Of a stretch of DNA of 64,000 nucleotides, positions 46,620 through 59,365 are shown piece after piece. The notes beneath the pieces were generated by a model, which was not told the DNA's origin, ran no database searches, and was given only the letters and a program-made list of their open reading frames with translations. Numbering within the stretch: position 1 is the first letter of the stretch; each line of letters begins with the position of its first letter. The DNA is from an uncultured delta proteobacterium (GTDB taxonomy: Bacteria; Myxococcota_A; UBA9160; SMWR01), in contig CAWHTE010000007.1 in NCBI GenBank assembly GCA_963832165.1, forward strand, positions 992,001 to 1,056,000, written 5' to 3'. A program made the translations under genes and the position numbers.

Positions 46620-48111
46620 CTCCGACGCGAAGCACGTCCTCGTGATCGGCGGCTCGGTCGCCGGGCTCGGCGTCGCACTCGCGCTCTCGAGCCGCGGTCA
46701 CCGCGTCACGATCCTCGAGTCCGACGCCGCCCCGCTTCCGGATAGCCACACCGAGGCTTTCGAGCGCTGGGACCGCCGCGGCTCGCCCCAGACCCGACAC
46801 TCGCACGCGCTCCTGGCGCGGCTGCGAAACCTGATCCGCACCCACGCGCCCGAGCTGCTCGACAAGCTCCTCGCCTGCGGCGCGGAGGAGCTGCGCTTCA
46901 CCGATCGCGTGCGGGAGATCTTCGCGGATCCCGTGATCGAGGAAGGCGACGACGAGATCGTGTTCCTGGCCTGCCGCCGCATCACCTTCGAGTGGGTGTT
47001 GCGGCGCCACGTCGAGGACACCGGGCGCGTCCGCTTCCGCGACGGCGTCGAGGTGACGCGGCTCGAGGCCGAGCGCGATCCCGCGACGTCACTTCCGCGT
47101 GTCACCGGTGTGTGGGTGAGGACACCGAGCGCAGGCGAAACGCTCGTGCGCGGCGATCTCGTCGTGGACGCGTCGGGCCGGCGCTCGAAGCTCAGGAGCT
47201 GGCTGCCCGTGATCGGCACCCCGGAGGTGCGCGAGGCGTCGAGCCCGTGCGGGATCTTCTACACCTCGCGCTTCTACCGGCTGCTCGACGGCGTGACGCC
47301 GCCCGACCGCGAGGGCGGCATCATCGGCATCGACCTCGGCTACCTGAAGGTGGGCATCTTCGCGGGCGACTCGCGCGTGTTCTCGATCACGCTCGCGGCG
47401 TCCCCCAGCGACGATGACATGCGCGGCGTGCTTCACCGTCCGGCGTTCGAGGCCGCGGTGGCCGCCATACCGCTCGCCGCGCAGTGGGCGTCGGTCTCCG
47501 AGCCGATCACCGACGTGCACGGCATGGCGAACCTCAAGAACACGCGACGCTGGCTGGTCGAGAACGGCGAGCCGCTGGCCCTCGGCTTCGTCGCCGTCGG
47601 CGACGCGCTGATCCACACCAATCCGATCGTCGGCCGCGGCTGCTCGCTCGCGTGGACCGCTGCGTTCGCGCTCGCCGACTGCCTGGACGCACATCCCGAC
47701 GATCTGCGCGCGCTCGCGCTCGCCTACGACGCGTGCATCGTGCGCGACGTCGTGCCGTGGTACGACCTGCAGCTGGTGCAGGACGCAGACGCGATCGAGA
47801 TCGCCGAGGCGCAGCAGCGCGGCGAGGATCCGTTCGAGACCCGCAACCCCGACGGCACGCAGAACCCGAAGGCGTTCGTGCGCTCACTGCTCAAGCATGC
47901 GCTCATGCCCGCGCTGCGGGAGGACCAGCGCCTGCTCCGCGTCTTCATGCGTACCCTGAACCTGCTCGAGCGTCCCGGCAACCTGATGAAGAACCCGATC
48001 GTGATCCAGGGCCTGCTCGCGTCGTACGCGCGGCGCGATCAGCGCGAGCCCGTGGTGCTGGGTCCGTCGCGCGAGGAGATGCTGGCGCGCTTCGGCGCAG
48101 AGATCCCCTAG
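46612..48111 (+). CDS. FAD-dependent oxidoreductase/monooxygenase
   Basis: VIGGSVAGL, PQTRHSH, DLVVDASGRRS, VGDALIHTNPIVGRG. Confidence 0.85.
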   Translation: MPDSDAKHVLVIGGSVAGLGVALALSSRGHRVTILESDAAPLPDSHTEAFERWDRRGSPQTRHSHALLARLRNLIRTHAPELLDKLLACGAEELRFTDRVREIFADPVIEEGDDEIVFLACRRITFEWVLRRHVEDTGRVRFRDGVEVTRLEAERDPATSLPRVTGVWVRTPSAGETLVRGDLVVDASGRRSKLRSWLPVIGTPEVREASSPCGIFYTSRFYRLLDGVTPPDREGGIIGIDLGYLKVGIFAGDSRVFSITLAASPSDDDMRGVLHRPAFEAAVAAIPLAAQWASVSEPITDVHGMANLKNTRRWLVENGEPLALGFVAVGDALIHTNPIVGRGCSLAWTAAFALADCLDAHPDDLRALALAYDACIVRDVVPWYDLQLVQDADAIEIAEAQQRGEDPFETRNPDGTQNPKAFVRSLLKHALMPALREDQRLLRVFMRTLNLLERPGNLMKNPIVIQGLLASYARRDQREPVVLGPSREEMLARFGAEIP

Positions 48112-49490
48112 ATCCGCGCGCGCGCCGCGATCCGGATGCGCACGCCATCGCGCGGCTTCAGCGTGAGCAGCGGTTTCGGCGTCACCACGTGCTTGGGATC
48201 GACCTCGACGCGGAAGCGCTGCAGCAGCCGCGCGAGCACGCTGCGCAGCTCGAGCAGCGCGAAGTCCTCGCCGACGCAGCGGCGCCCGCCGAGCCCGAAG
48301 GGGAGATACGCGAACGGGTGCCTCGGCTCGCCGCGCTCGGGCAGGAAGCGGTCCGGGTCGAAGTGGTCCGGTTCGCTCCAGAACTCGGGGTGGCGGTGGA
48401 TGTAGTACGTCGCCACGAACACAGTCGCGCCCTTCGGGATGGCGACGCCGTCGATCTCGTCGTCGGCGAGGGCTTCGCGCGGGATCGCGTACGCCGGCGG
48501 CGTGGTGCGCAGCACCTCGCGGATCGTGCGGCCCAGCAGCTCGAGCCGCGCCAGCGATTCCAACGTCGGCGCGCTGTCACCGAGCACGGCGTCGACCTCG
48601 GCTTCGAGTCGCGCGCGCAGAACCGCGTCGCGGCCGATCTCGTAGAGCGACCACGCGAGCGTCACCGCCGTCGTCTCGTGGCCCGCGTTCACGAACGTCA
48701 TCAGCTGGTCGTACAGCTCGCCGTCGGAGAGCGCGGCTCCGGTCTCCTCGTCGCGCACGCCGAGCAGGAGCCCGAGCAGATCCTCGGGCGGCGGATCCAT
48801 CCGGCGATGGCCGTCGATCATGCCGCCGATGAATCGCTTCACCCAGCGCAGCGACTCCTGGATTGCCCGATTGCGACGCGTCGGCACCCAGAGCGGCGGC
48901 GTCCACAGGTGATCGAACAGGTACTGCGCGTAGGCGGCGGCCTGATGAGCCAAGCGGTGGAACTCGTCGGCCTGCTCGCGCACGTCGCTGCCGAACATCG
49001 CGCGGCAGACGATGTCGAGCGCTGCCTTCGAGGTGTACGGCATCACCTCGAACCAGTCGCCGCCCGCGCGCTCGCGTTGCCAGGCCGCGAGCATCTCGTC
49101 GGCGCCCGCGACCAGGTGCGGCACGAGCGCCTCGATCCGCGCGCGCTGGAAGGCGGGGACGACGAGCTTGCGCTGCCGGCGCCACTCGTCGCCATCGGCG
49201 AAGAAGACGCCGTTGCCCGCGAGCGGTCGCAGCTTTGCGATCTGGCGTCCCTTCCAGTAGTTGCGCGCATTGCGGATCAGCACGTGGCGGGCGTGCTCGG
49301 GCCGGCGCAGCGCCACGAAGCGCGCCGGTCCCGCGCGCACGCCCACGGCGTCGCCGTGCTGCGCGAAGAGCGCAGCCATGTAGCCGATGCTGTCCTCGCG
49401 GATCCCGCGCAGGAACGGCGCCGGCGTCCAATCGCGCGGGCCCGGAGGAAACACGGCGGCGCGCTGCGCGAGCGCGGCGTCTACGGACAT
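48108..49490 (-). CDS. Cytochrome P450
   Basis: AGHETT, EVLR, FDPDRF, heme motif PFGLGGRRCVG. Confidence 0.95.
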   Translation of the reverse strand: MSVDAALAQRAAVFPPGPRDWTPAPFLRGIREDSIGYMAALFAQHGDAVGVRAGPARFVALRRPEHARHVLIRNARNYWKGRQIAKLRPLAGNGVFFADGDEWRRQRKLVVPAFQRARIEALVPHLVAGADEMLAAWQRERAGGDWFEVMPYTSKAALDIVCRAMFGSDVREQADEFHRLAHQAAAYAQYLFDHLWTPPLWVPTRRNRAIQESLRWVKRFIGGMIDGHRRMDPPPEDLLGLLLGVRDEETGAALSDGELYDQLMTFVNAGHETTAVTLAWSLYEIGRDAVLRARLEAEVDAVLGDSAPTLESLARLELLGRTIREVLRTTPPAYAIPREALADDEIDGVAIPKGATVFVATYYIHRHPEFWSEPDHFDPDRFLPERGEPRHPFAYLPFGLGGRRCVGEDFALLELRSVLARLLQRFRVEVDPKHVVTPKPLLTLKPRDGVRIRIAARARI

Positions 49491-49512
49491 TCGAGCTTCC
49501 TCTTCTCGAGCG

Positions 49513-50679
<1,167 letters not shown>

Positions 50680-50728
50680 CGGCGGTCTCCCTCCGTCCTG
50701 TGAGGCTGCCCAAGCTACCGCAGGCGCG

Positions 50729-50770
50729 AAAAGAAACGGGCCCGGAAGCACGGGGGGTGCCTCCGGGCCC
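50729..50770 (-). terminator. Intrinsic terminator of the phasin-like gene
   Basis: Minus strand GGGCCCGGAGGCAC-CCCCC-GTGCTTCCGGGCCC followed by GTTTCTTTT. Confidence 0.75.
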
Positions 50771-50801
50771 AGGTTCGACCGGGGGGAGAGGAAGGGGGGG
50801 A

Positions 50802-51260
50802 CTAAGCGGTCGCGGCGCCGTTCGGGCGCTTGCGGCGACCCATCTCCTTCACCTGTTTGTTGATGGCGGAGATCTTCCGGTCGATGCGGTCCAGGTCGCT
50901 CGTCGAAGCGATCTGGAGACGGTTCAGGACGCCTGTGATGCTCTGCTCGAACTGCTTGGTCGCATCCTTGCGGAGCGTGTCGAGCCGCTTCACCGCGGGG
51001 TTCTTCTCGAGCTCGGTGCGCAGCTTCTGGGTGCGCTTCTCGATCTGCTTGCGCTGCGTCTCGAACCGCTTCTCGATCTCCTTGCGCTGCGACGTGAAGC
51101 GCTTCTCGACTTCCTTGCGGCCCGTCTCGAGCCGCTTCTCGATCTTCTTGCGGCGAACGCGCAGCTCGCGCTGGACGCGCTTGAGCTCGGTGCCGACCGT
51201 GCCGGCGGCCTCGCGGACGCGCTCGACGCCGTCCTGGAACAGAGTGGTGGATTCGGCCAT
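50802..51260 (-). CDS. Phasin-like (PhaF/PhaI-type) coiled-coil protein with 11-aa repeats
   Basis: Repeats KKIEKRLETGR, KEVEKRFTSQR, KEIEKRFETQR, KQIEKRTQKLR; C-terminal VLNRLQIASTSDLDRIDRKI is typical of PHA-granule proteins. GAGGAG RBS. Confidence 0.65.
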   Translation of the reverse strand: MAESTTLFQDGVERVREAAGTVGTELKRVQRELRVRRKKIEKRLETGRKEVEKRFTSQRKEIEKRFETQRKQIEKRTQKLRTELEKNPAVKRLDTLRKDATKQFEQSITGVLNRLQIASTSDLDRIDRKISAINKQVKEMGRRKRPNGAATA

Positions 51261-51370
51261 GGAGGACTCCTCGTTGGCGCGCACGGGGTGGGTGGCGCCG
51301 GGTTCGGGGGTGGGGAGGTTGTCGGGATCGTCGCCGCCGGTAGACCCCGGCGTGGGCGCGGGCGACTCGG

Positions 51371-51412
51371 TTGTGACGCAGCAAAATCTAACACGGTGCG
51401 TCAATGCGTCAA
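51371..51412 (-). promoter_or_regulatory. sigma70 promoter overlapped by TGACGCA motifs
   Basis: Minus strand TTGACG-16 nt-TAGATT with extended TG; three TGACGCA/TGCGTCA half-sites. Confidence 0.55.
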
Positions 51413-51460
51413 GATCGCCGGACGAACTTTCTTGATTTTTCTCGGATCAGGCGCGCGCAA

Positions 51461-52468
51461 TCACAGGCGTACGAGCGCGCTGGTCCACGAGAATCCCGAT
51501 CCGAAGCTCGTCATCGCCACGAGCTGGCCGCGCTGGATGCGGCCGGCGCGGACCCCCTCGTCGAGCAGCATCGGGATCGAGGCCGCTGAGCAGTTGCCGT
51601 AGCGGTCGATGTTCGTCGGGCACTTTTCGGGCGGAATTCCGAGCTGTTGCGCCACGTATTCATTGATGCGCAGGTTCGCCTGGTGGAACAGGAAGTGGTC
51701 GACGTCCTCGATCTTGAGGCTCGCCGCGGACAGCGCCTCGAGCAGGACCTCGGGCATGCGGCGCGTCGCGTGCTTGAACACGAGCCGTCCCTGCATGCGC
51801 GGGAAGTGGCGCTTCTGATCGATCAGCTCGTGGGTGATCCGGGTCGGCTGGAACGCCGAGCCCGGGGCCTCGATCCAGAGCTTGTCCGCGTGCGACCCCT
51901 CCGCGTGTAGCCGCACCTCGAGGATCTCGGCGGGATCGTCGGTGTCGTCATTGGCCTCGACTACGACGGCCCCCGCGCCATCGCCGAACAGCACGGCGAC
52001 CTCGCGGCCCTCGGTGGTGTGGTCGAGGCCGGTCGAGTGGATCTCGCAGCCGATCACGAGCACGCGCCTGTACTGGCCCGTGCGCACGAACGCGTTCGCG
52101 ACCGAAAGCGAGTAGACGAAGCCGCTGCACTGCGCGCGCAGGTCGAAGCACGGCGCGTCGGCGAGACCGAGCCGGTCGTGCAGGAAGAACGACGTGCCCG
52201 GGAAGTCGGCCTCGGACGACAGCGTGGCGAGAATGACCATGTCGATGTCGCCCGGCTCGAGCCCGGCGGCCTCGAGTGCGCGCTGCACCGCCACGTGGGC
52301 GAGCTCCGACGGTTTCTGTCCGGGCTCGACGTAGTAGCGCGTCACGATTCCCGAGCGCTGGCGGATCCACTCGTCGCTCGTGTCCATGAGCTTCGCGAGA
52401 TCGTCATTGGTGACCAGCCGCGTGGGCACGCACATGCCCGTCCCGGTGATCCTGGCTCGCCGCATCAT
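51461..52468 (-). CDS. fabH: 3-oxoacyl-ACP synthase III
   Basis: DTSDEWIRQRSGI, AQCSGF, LFGDGAGA, HQANLRI, YGNCSAASIP. Confidence 0.9.
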   Translation of the reverse strand: MMRRARITGTGMCVPTRLVTNDDLAKLMDTSDEWIRQRSGIVTRYYVEPGQKPSELAHVAVQRALEAAGLEPGDIDMVILATLSSEADFPGTSFFLHDRLGLADAPCFDLRAQCSGFVYSLSVANAFVRTGQYRRVLVIGCEIHSTGLDHTTEGREVAVLFGDGAGAVVVEANDDTDDPAEILEVRLHAEGSHADKLWIEAPGSAFQPTRITHELIDQKRHFPRMQGRLVFKHATRRMPEVLLEALSAASLKIEDVDHFLFHQANLRINEYVAQQLGIPPEKCPTNIDRYGNCSAASIPMLLDEGVRAGRIQRGQLVAMTSFGSGFSWTSALVRL

Positions 52469-54156
52469 CGTCCCCCCTGTGCCACCGCGCGTGCGATCGC
52501 GCGCGGCTCCCGCTCTTCGCGCTCCTGCCAGAGCACATGTTCCGCGCGCTCGATCAGATCCGACAGACCGCTCCTGGCGAGCGCCGACACCGCCACGCCG
52601 TCGTGACGCTCAGCGATTGCGGCGCCGATGCGCGGCGGCAGGCGGTCGATCTGGTTGAACACGAGCAGCTCCGGCGTGTGTCCGAGGCCGATCGCCGTGA
52701 GCACCTCGCGCACGGCCTCGATCCGGCGCTCGAAGTCGGGCGCTGCGGCGTCCACCACGTGGAGCAGCAGGTCGGCGTCCTCGAGCTCCTCGAGCGTGGC
52801 GCGGAACGCAGCGACCAGGTCCTGCGGCAGATCGCGGATGAAGCCCACCGTGTCGGTGATGATCACCTCGCGCTCGCGCGGGAAGCGCAGCCGGCGCGAG
52901 GTGGGATCGAGCGTCGCGAACATCGCGTCGGCCACGTGGACGTCGGTGTCGGTGAGCGAGCGCAGGAGCGTGCTCTTGCCGGCGTTGGTGTAGCCGACGA
53001 TCGAGAGGATCGGCACGTCGCGCCGCGCGCGCCGCTTGCGGCGCGACTCGCGCTGCGCGCGCAGGCGTACGAGCTCGCGTTCGAGGCGCGCGATGCGATC
53101 GCGCACGCGGCGGCGATCCGTTTCGAGCTTCGTTTCGCCGGGTCCGCGTCCGCCGATGCCGCCCATCAGACGCGAGAGCGCGATGTCGGCTCGCTGCGCG
53201 AGCCGCGGCAGCCGGTATTTGAGCTGAGCCAGCTCCACCTGGAGCTTGCCGTCCGCGGTGCGCGCACGCTGCGCGAAGATGTCGAGGATCAGCTGGGTGC
53301 GGTCGATCACGCGCAGCTCCAGCCGCTCGGCGAGATTGCGCGCCTGGGTCGGCGAGAGGTTCTGATCGAAGATCACGAGATCCACGTCGCTCTGGAACGC
53401 GCGGATCACGAGGTCCTGGAGCCGGCCCGGACCGATCAGGAACTTGCGATCGATCTGCGGCCGGTGCTGGGTGACGACGTCCACCACGTCGACGCCCGCG
53501 GAGCGCGCGAGCTCGGCGAGCTCTTCGAGCTGGCGCTCGAAGTCGAGGGGTCGGCGGCCGGCCGTGACGGAGACGAGGATCGCGCGCTCGCCGAGGCCGA
53601 TCTCGCGCGTGCGGTCCTGACGCGCGAGCTCCTCCTCGCGCGCGCGAATCCAGTCGCGGAAGTCGAGGTCGAGCAGTGCGGGCGGTCGCGGCTCGAGCCG
53701 CTCGATCCCGTCTTCTGCGTCGCGCGTCGGGCGCAGCGCCGCGATGTGCGCGAGGCCGGGCAGCCCCGCCTGGGTGGTGCCGATCGCGATCATCGCGTCG
53801 AGCCGCAGCACCGCGAGGTCGGTCTCGTCGTCGCGGTCGAGCGGCGCGTCGCCGACGTGCGTGTGGATGCAGCGCAGCCCGCGCAGCCGGCCGCGGCCCG
53901 CGCGCAGGCGGCCCCAGTCGGGCATCGAGATCTCTCGCGCGTCGCCCACCATCACGTGGGTCACGGCGCCGCGCCGGTCGACGAGCACCCCGACCTGCCG
54001 GCCGGTCTCGGCCGTGAACTCGGATAGCTGCCGGGCGAACTCGTGCGTGACGAACCGCTCGGGCGGGAGGCGACGCTGAGCCAGGCGTTCGAGCTGGCGG
54101 GTCTGGCTGGCCTTCAGGCCATGCGTGTTGCCGGTGACGTGGATCTCGGACCCCAT
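52465..54156 (-). CDS. hflX: GTPase HflX (long form)
   Basis: GNTHGLK, LRCIHTH, DRTQLILDIFAQRA, GPGETKLE, GYTNAGKST, DTVGFI. Confidence 0.95.
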   Translation of the reverse strand: MGSEIHVTGNTHGLKASQTRQLERLAQRRLPPERFVTHEFARQLSEFTAETGRQVGVLVDRRGAVTHVMVGDAREISMPDWGRLRAGRGRLRGLRCIHTHVGDAPLDRDDETDLAVLRLDAMIAIGTTQAGLPGLAHIAALRPTRDAEDGIERLEPRPPALLDLDFRDWIRAREEELARQDRTREIGLGERAILVSVTAGRRPLDFERQLEELAELARSAGVDVVDVVTQHRPQIDRKFLIGPGRLQDLVIRAFQSDVDLVIFDQNLSPTQARNLAERLELRVIDRTQLILDIFAQRARTADGKLQVELAQLKYRLPRLAQRADIALSRLMGGIGGRGPGETKLETDRRRVRDRIARLERELVRLRAQRESRRKRRARRDVPILSIVGYTNAGKSTLLRSLTDTDVHVADAMFATLDPTSRRLRFPREREVIITDTVGFIRDLPQDLVAAFRATLEELEDADLLLHVVDAAAPDFERRIEAVREVLTAIGLGHTPELLVFNQIDRLPPRIGAAIAERHDGVAVSALARSGLSDLIERAEHVLWQEREEREPRAIARAVAQGGR

Positions 54157-54342
54157 TCCGGGGCGCGGCGCGCCCAGTGCCTTGAAAATCTAGCAGTGAT
54201 CGCCCCGGTCCCGGTGCAGGCGGGTGGGATGCCCCGCGGGATTGCGCGCTTCCGCACGGGCATCGCCGCTGGTAGGTTCGCGTTCGAATTTGCGAACCAG
54301 ACCCGCCAGATCTTCCCCCGATTCGCCGATGACAGGAGGAGC

Positions 54343-55665
54343 ATGGCCGCTCGCGAACTCGCCGCGCTGATCCTCGCTGCTGGTAAGGGGACCCGCCTGA
54401 ACTCGCGCCGGCCGAAGGTGCTGCACGAGATCTGCGGTCGCCCGATGCTCTCCTTCGCGCTCGACGCCGCGGGATCACTCGACGCCAAGCGCTGCCTCGT
54501 CGTGATCGGGCACGGCGCCGAGGAGGTCGAGAAGCGCTTCGCGGGCCGCGCCGAGTTCGTGCTGCAGGCGGAGCAGCGCGGCACGGGTCACGCCGTGCAG
54601 CTGTGCCGCGAGCCCCTCCGAGGCTTCGCGGGCGACGTGCTCGTGCTCTACGGCGATACCCCGCTGCTGCGCGGCGAGACGCTCGCGCGCATGGTCGGGT
54701 TCAAGCGCGAGACCGGCGCCGACCTCGTGCTGCTCTCCGCGCCGGTCGACGTGCCCGGGATCGTGGTGCGCGACCGCGACGGCAACGTCGCGCGCATCGT
54801 CGAAGTCACCGACGCTACGCCCGAGGAGCTCGCGATCAGCGAGCGCAACACGGGCGTGTACCTGCTCGACGCAGGACTGCTCTGGAAGCTCCTCGACCGC
54901 GTGGACGATCACAACGCACAGCGCGAGCTGTACATCACCTCGATCGTCGAGCTCGCCGTGAGCGACGGCTGCCGCGTGGAAGCGCTCGTGGTGCCCGACG
55001 CCGACGAGGCGCTCGGCATCAACACGCGGGCGCAGCTCGCACAGGCGGGCGCGCGCATGCGCGAGCGCATCTTGAATCGCGTGATGGCGGCTGGCGTCAC
55101 GATCGTCGACCCGTCGTCGACCTACATCGACGTCGACGTGGAGATCGGCTCCGACACGCTCATCGAGCCGGGCTGCGTGATCCAGGGCGCGACGAAGATC
55201 GGCAGCGGGGTGCACCTGAAGCCGGGCTGCATGATCGAGTCGAGCCGGGTCGGAGACGACGTCGAGATCGGCCCCAACGCGCACCTGCGGCCCAACTGCG
55301 TGATCGGCGACCGATCCCGGATCGGGAACTTCGTCGAGGTGAAGAACAGCGTGTTCGGGCCGGGTGTGAAGGCCGATCACCTGTCCTACATCGGCGACGC
55401 CGACGTCGGCGCGAACGTGAGCTTCGGCTGTGGATCGGTCGTGGTGAACTACGACGGTCAGAAGAAGCACCGGACCACGGTGGGCGACCGCGCGTTCATC
55501 GGCTGCAATGTGAACCTCGTGGCGCCGATCGTGATCGAGCCCGACGCGTTCGTGGCGGCGGGCTCCACGATCACCACGGCCGTGCCGGCCGGAGCGCTCG
55601 GCGTGGCGCGCGCGCGCCAGCGCAACGTCGAGGGCTGGGTCGCGCGCCGGCGCAAGCCCGAATAG
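54343..55665 (+). CDS. glmU: Bifunctional UDP-GlcNAc pyrophosphorylase/acetyltransferase
   Basis: LAAGKGTR, GTGHAV, YGDTPL, GNFVEVK, HLSYIGDA, NYDG, hexapeptide repeats. Upstream of glmS. Confidence 0.92.
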   Translation: MAARELAALILAAGKGTRLNSRRPKVLHEICGRPMLSFALDAAGSLDAKRCLVVIGHGAEEVEKRFAGRAEFVLQAEQRGTGHAVQLCREPLRGFAGDVLVLYGDTPLLRGETLARMVGFKRETGADLVLLSAPVDVPGIVVRDRDGNVARIVEVTDATPEELAISERNTGVYLLDAGLLWKLLDRVDDHNAQRELYITSIVELAVSDGCRVEALVVPDADEALGINTRAQLAQAGARMRERILNRVMAAGVTIVDPSSTYIDVDVEIGSDTLIEPGCVIQGATKIGSGVHLKPGCMIESSRVGDDVEIGPNAHLRPNCVIGDRSRIGNFVEVKNSVFGPGVKADHLSYIGDADVGANVSFGCGSVVVNYDGQKKHRTTVGDRAFIGCNVNLVAPIVIEPDAFVAAGSTITTAVPAGALGVARARQRNVEGWVARRRKPE

Positions 55666-55700
55666 CCCCCGACCAACCGACCCCCCCAGGAGATCGGATC

Positions 55701-57536
<1,836 letters not shown>

Positions 57537-57540
57537 CGGA

Positions 57541-58476
57541 CTAGCGCCGGGCCGAGACGTCGCCGCCGAGGCATCGCGCGAGCTCCTGCTCGTCCGGATC
57601 GGCGAGCGGCGCTCCACGGGAAGCGGTGAACCGCATCGGCAGCTCGCCGCGCGTCTCGACGCGCACACCGCGCGAGCGCAGGAACGACTCGACGCGCGCG
57701 AGCGTCTCGGCCGGCTGCGCGCAGAGATCCTCGTACTCGATGCGGAGCAGGCGCTCCGGGCCGAGCGCCGCCGCGTCCGCTGCGATGTCCGCGCGCACGC
57801 CCTCCACCTGCACGCAGGCCTGTGCGACGACACTCGCGCGCTCGGCGCTGCGCCAGTTGCTCGGCATCACCGACCACCACGCCCCCGGCATGCGGCTGCC
57901 GGTGGCTTCACGCGCGCGGACGATCGAGCGGACCGTGTCGGCGGGGCTCCGGCGCCACTTCGATGAACACGGCGCCCGGGAACACCGCGTCGAGCAGCCC
58001 GACCTGGACGCTGTGCATGACGTTCTTGCTCACGAACGGTGCGCCGAGCGCGCGCGAGATGGCCGCGACGGTTCCGCGCATCGCCCCGACCGCGCGTCCG
58101 CGGACGTCGCGGCCGCGAGGTGCGACTCCTCGGGGATCCAGCGGCGCCAGATCCAGCCCGCCTCGCTCGGCGAGCCCCAGCCCTCGATGTGGCCGTACGC
58201 GCTCGCGAAGTCGCCGCGCCACTCCGCGATGATGCGGCGCCCGAAACGCGTCGCTGCGGCCGGCGTGCGGTGGAGACGGTGCGCGAGGTTCGAGAAGTAG
58301 GCGGTGCGAAAGCGCGTGACGAGGGCCTCGTAGACGATGGTCGTCCCCGAGCGCGGCGGCCCCACGACGAAGCACGGCGGGCCGTGCGCGTCATAGCGCT
58401 GGTCGCGCACGAGCAGCGCCTCGACGGGTGCGAGCGCGGCCGTCGAGAGGTGGCGGGCGAGCCTCCGGAGCTTCAT
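57541..58476 (-). CDS. Sulfotransferase, split by two frameshifts (~58090 and ~57957)
   Basis: PAPS-binding FVVGPPRSGTT, PSEAG, FVSKN, RSPADTVRS, IEYEDLC, spread across three frames. Confidence 0.75.
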
Positions 58477-58555
58477 GCGATGGACGTCGCGGTCGAGATT
58501 GCGCCAGGCATCGCGGCAATGCTACGCGGAAGCGGTCGCACTACCATGCGCGGGC

Positions 58556-59365
58556 ATGAGCGCGAAACCGGACCGCTTCGCCTTCGGGAAGAACTGGTCC
58601 GACTACGTCGACAAGAACTTCAGCGAGGAGCGGCTGGGCATCTCCCAGTCGCACCTGCTCGCGTTCCTCGAGCGCGACGATCTGCGCGGGCTCTCGTTCC
58701 TCGATATCGGCTGCGGCAGCGGCATCCACTCGCTCGCCGCGTGGCGCTCGGGTGCGGAGCGCGTGTTCAGCTTCGACTACGACGCCGATTCGGTCGCGGC
58801 GTCGAGGAAGCTGTGGCACCTGGCGGGTGAGCCGGCCAACTGGCACGTCGAGCAGGGCTCCGTGCTCGACGAGGATTATCTCCGCTCACTCGGCTCGTTC
58901 GACATCGTGTACAGCTGGGGCGTCCTGCATCACACGGGCGCGATGTGGAAGGCCGTGGAGCTCGCGGCGATCCCGATGAAGCCCGATGGGCGCTTCTACA
59001 TCGCACTCTACTCGAAGGACATCTACCGGGACTGGGAGCACTGGGTCGAAGTGAAACAGGCCTATCACGAGGCCGGACGCCTGAAGCGGCTCTGGATGGA
59101 GTGGGTCTACGCCTGGGAGACCACGATCCGCACCGATCTGCGCAAGCGCCGCAATCCGTTCAAGAGGATGCGCCGCTTCAAGCGCATGCGCGGCATGTCC
59201 TACTGGGTGACCGTGCGCGACTGGGTCGGAGGCTGGCCGATGGAGTTCGCGGGCGATCAGGAGACGGTCGAGTTCTGCGCCCAGCGCGGCCTGGCGCTCG
59301 AGCGCATGAAGACGGGCGAGGGCAATACCGAGTTCCTGTTCCGACGCGCGGATCGGCCGACGTAA
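58556..59365 (+). CDS. Class I SAM-dependent methyltransferase
   Basis: FAFGKNW, FLDIGCGSG, FDIVYSWGVLHHTG, DWVGGWPMEF. Confidence 0.9.
   Translation: MSAKPDRFAFGKNWSDYVDKNFSEERLGISQSHLLAFLERDDLRGLSFLDIGCGSGIHSLAAWRSGAERVFSFDYDADSVAASRKLWHLAGEPANWHVEQGSVLDEDYLRSLGSFDIVYSWGVLHHTGAMWKAVELAAIPMKPDGRFYIALYSKDIYRDWEHWVEVKQAYHEAGRLKRLWMEWVYAWETTIRTDLRKRRNPFKRMRRFKRMRGMSYWVTVRDWVGGWPMEFAGDQETVEFCAQRGLALERMKTGEGNTEFLFRRADRPT

Noticed and set aside
51020..51150. 33-bp tandem repeats (CGCTTCTCGA...)
   Set aside because: They are explained by 11-aa coiled-coil repeats in the phasin-like protein.
57541..58476. Sulfotransferase as a true pseudogene or programmed frameshift
   Set aside because: The indels resemble others scattered through the window, and there is no slippery heptamer or nonsense decay, so sequencing error is more parsimonious.
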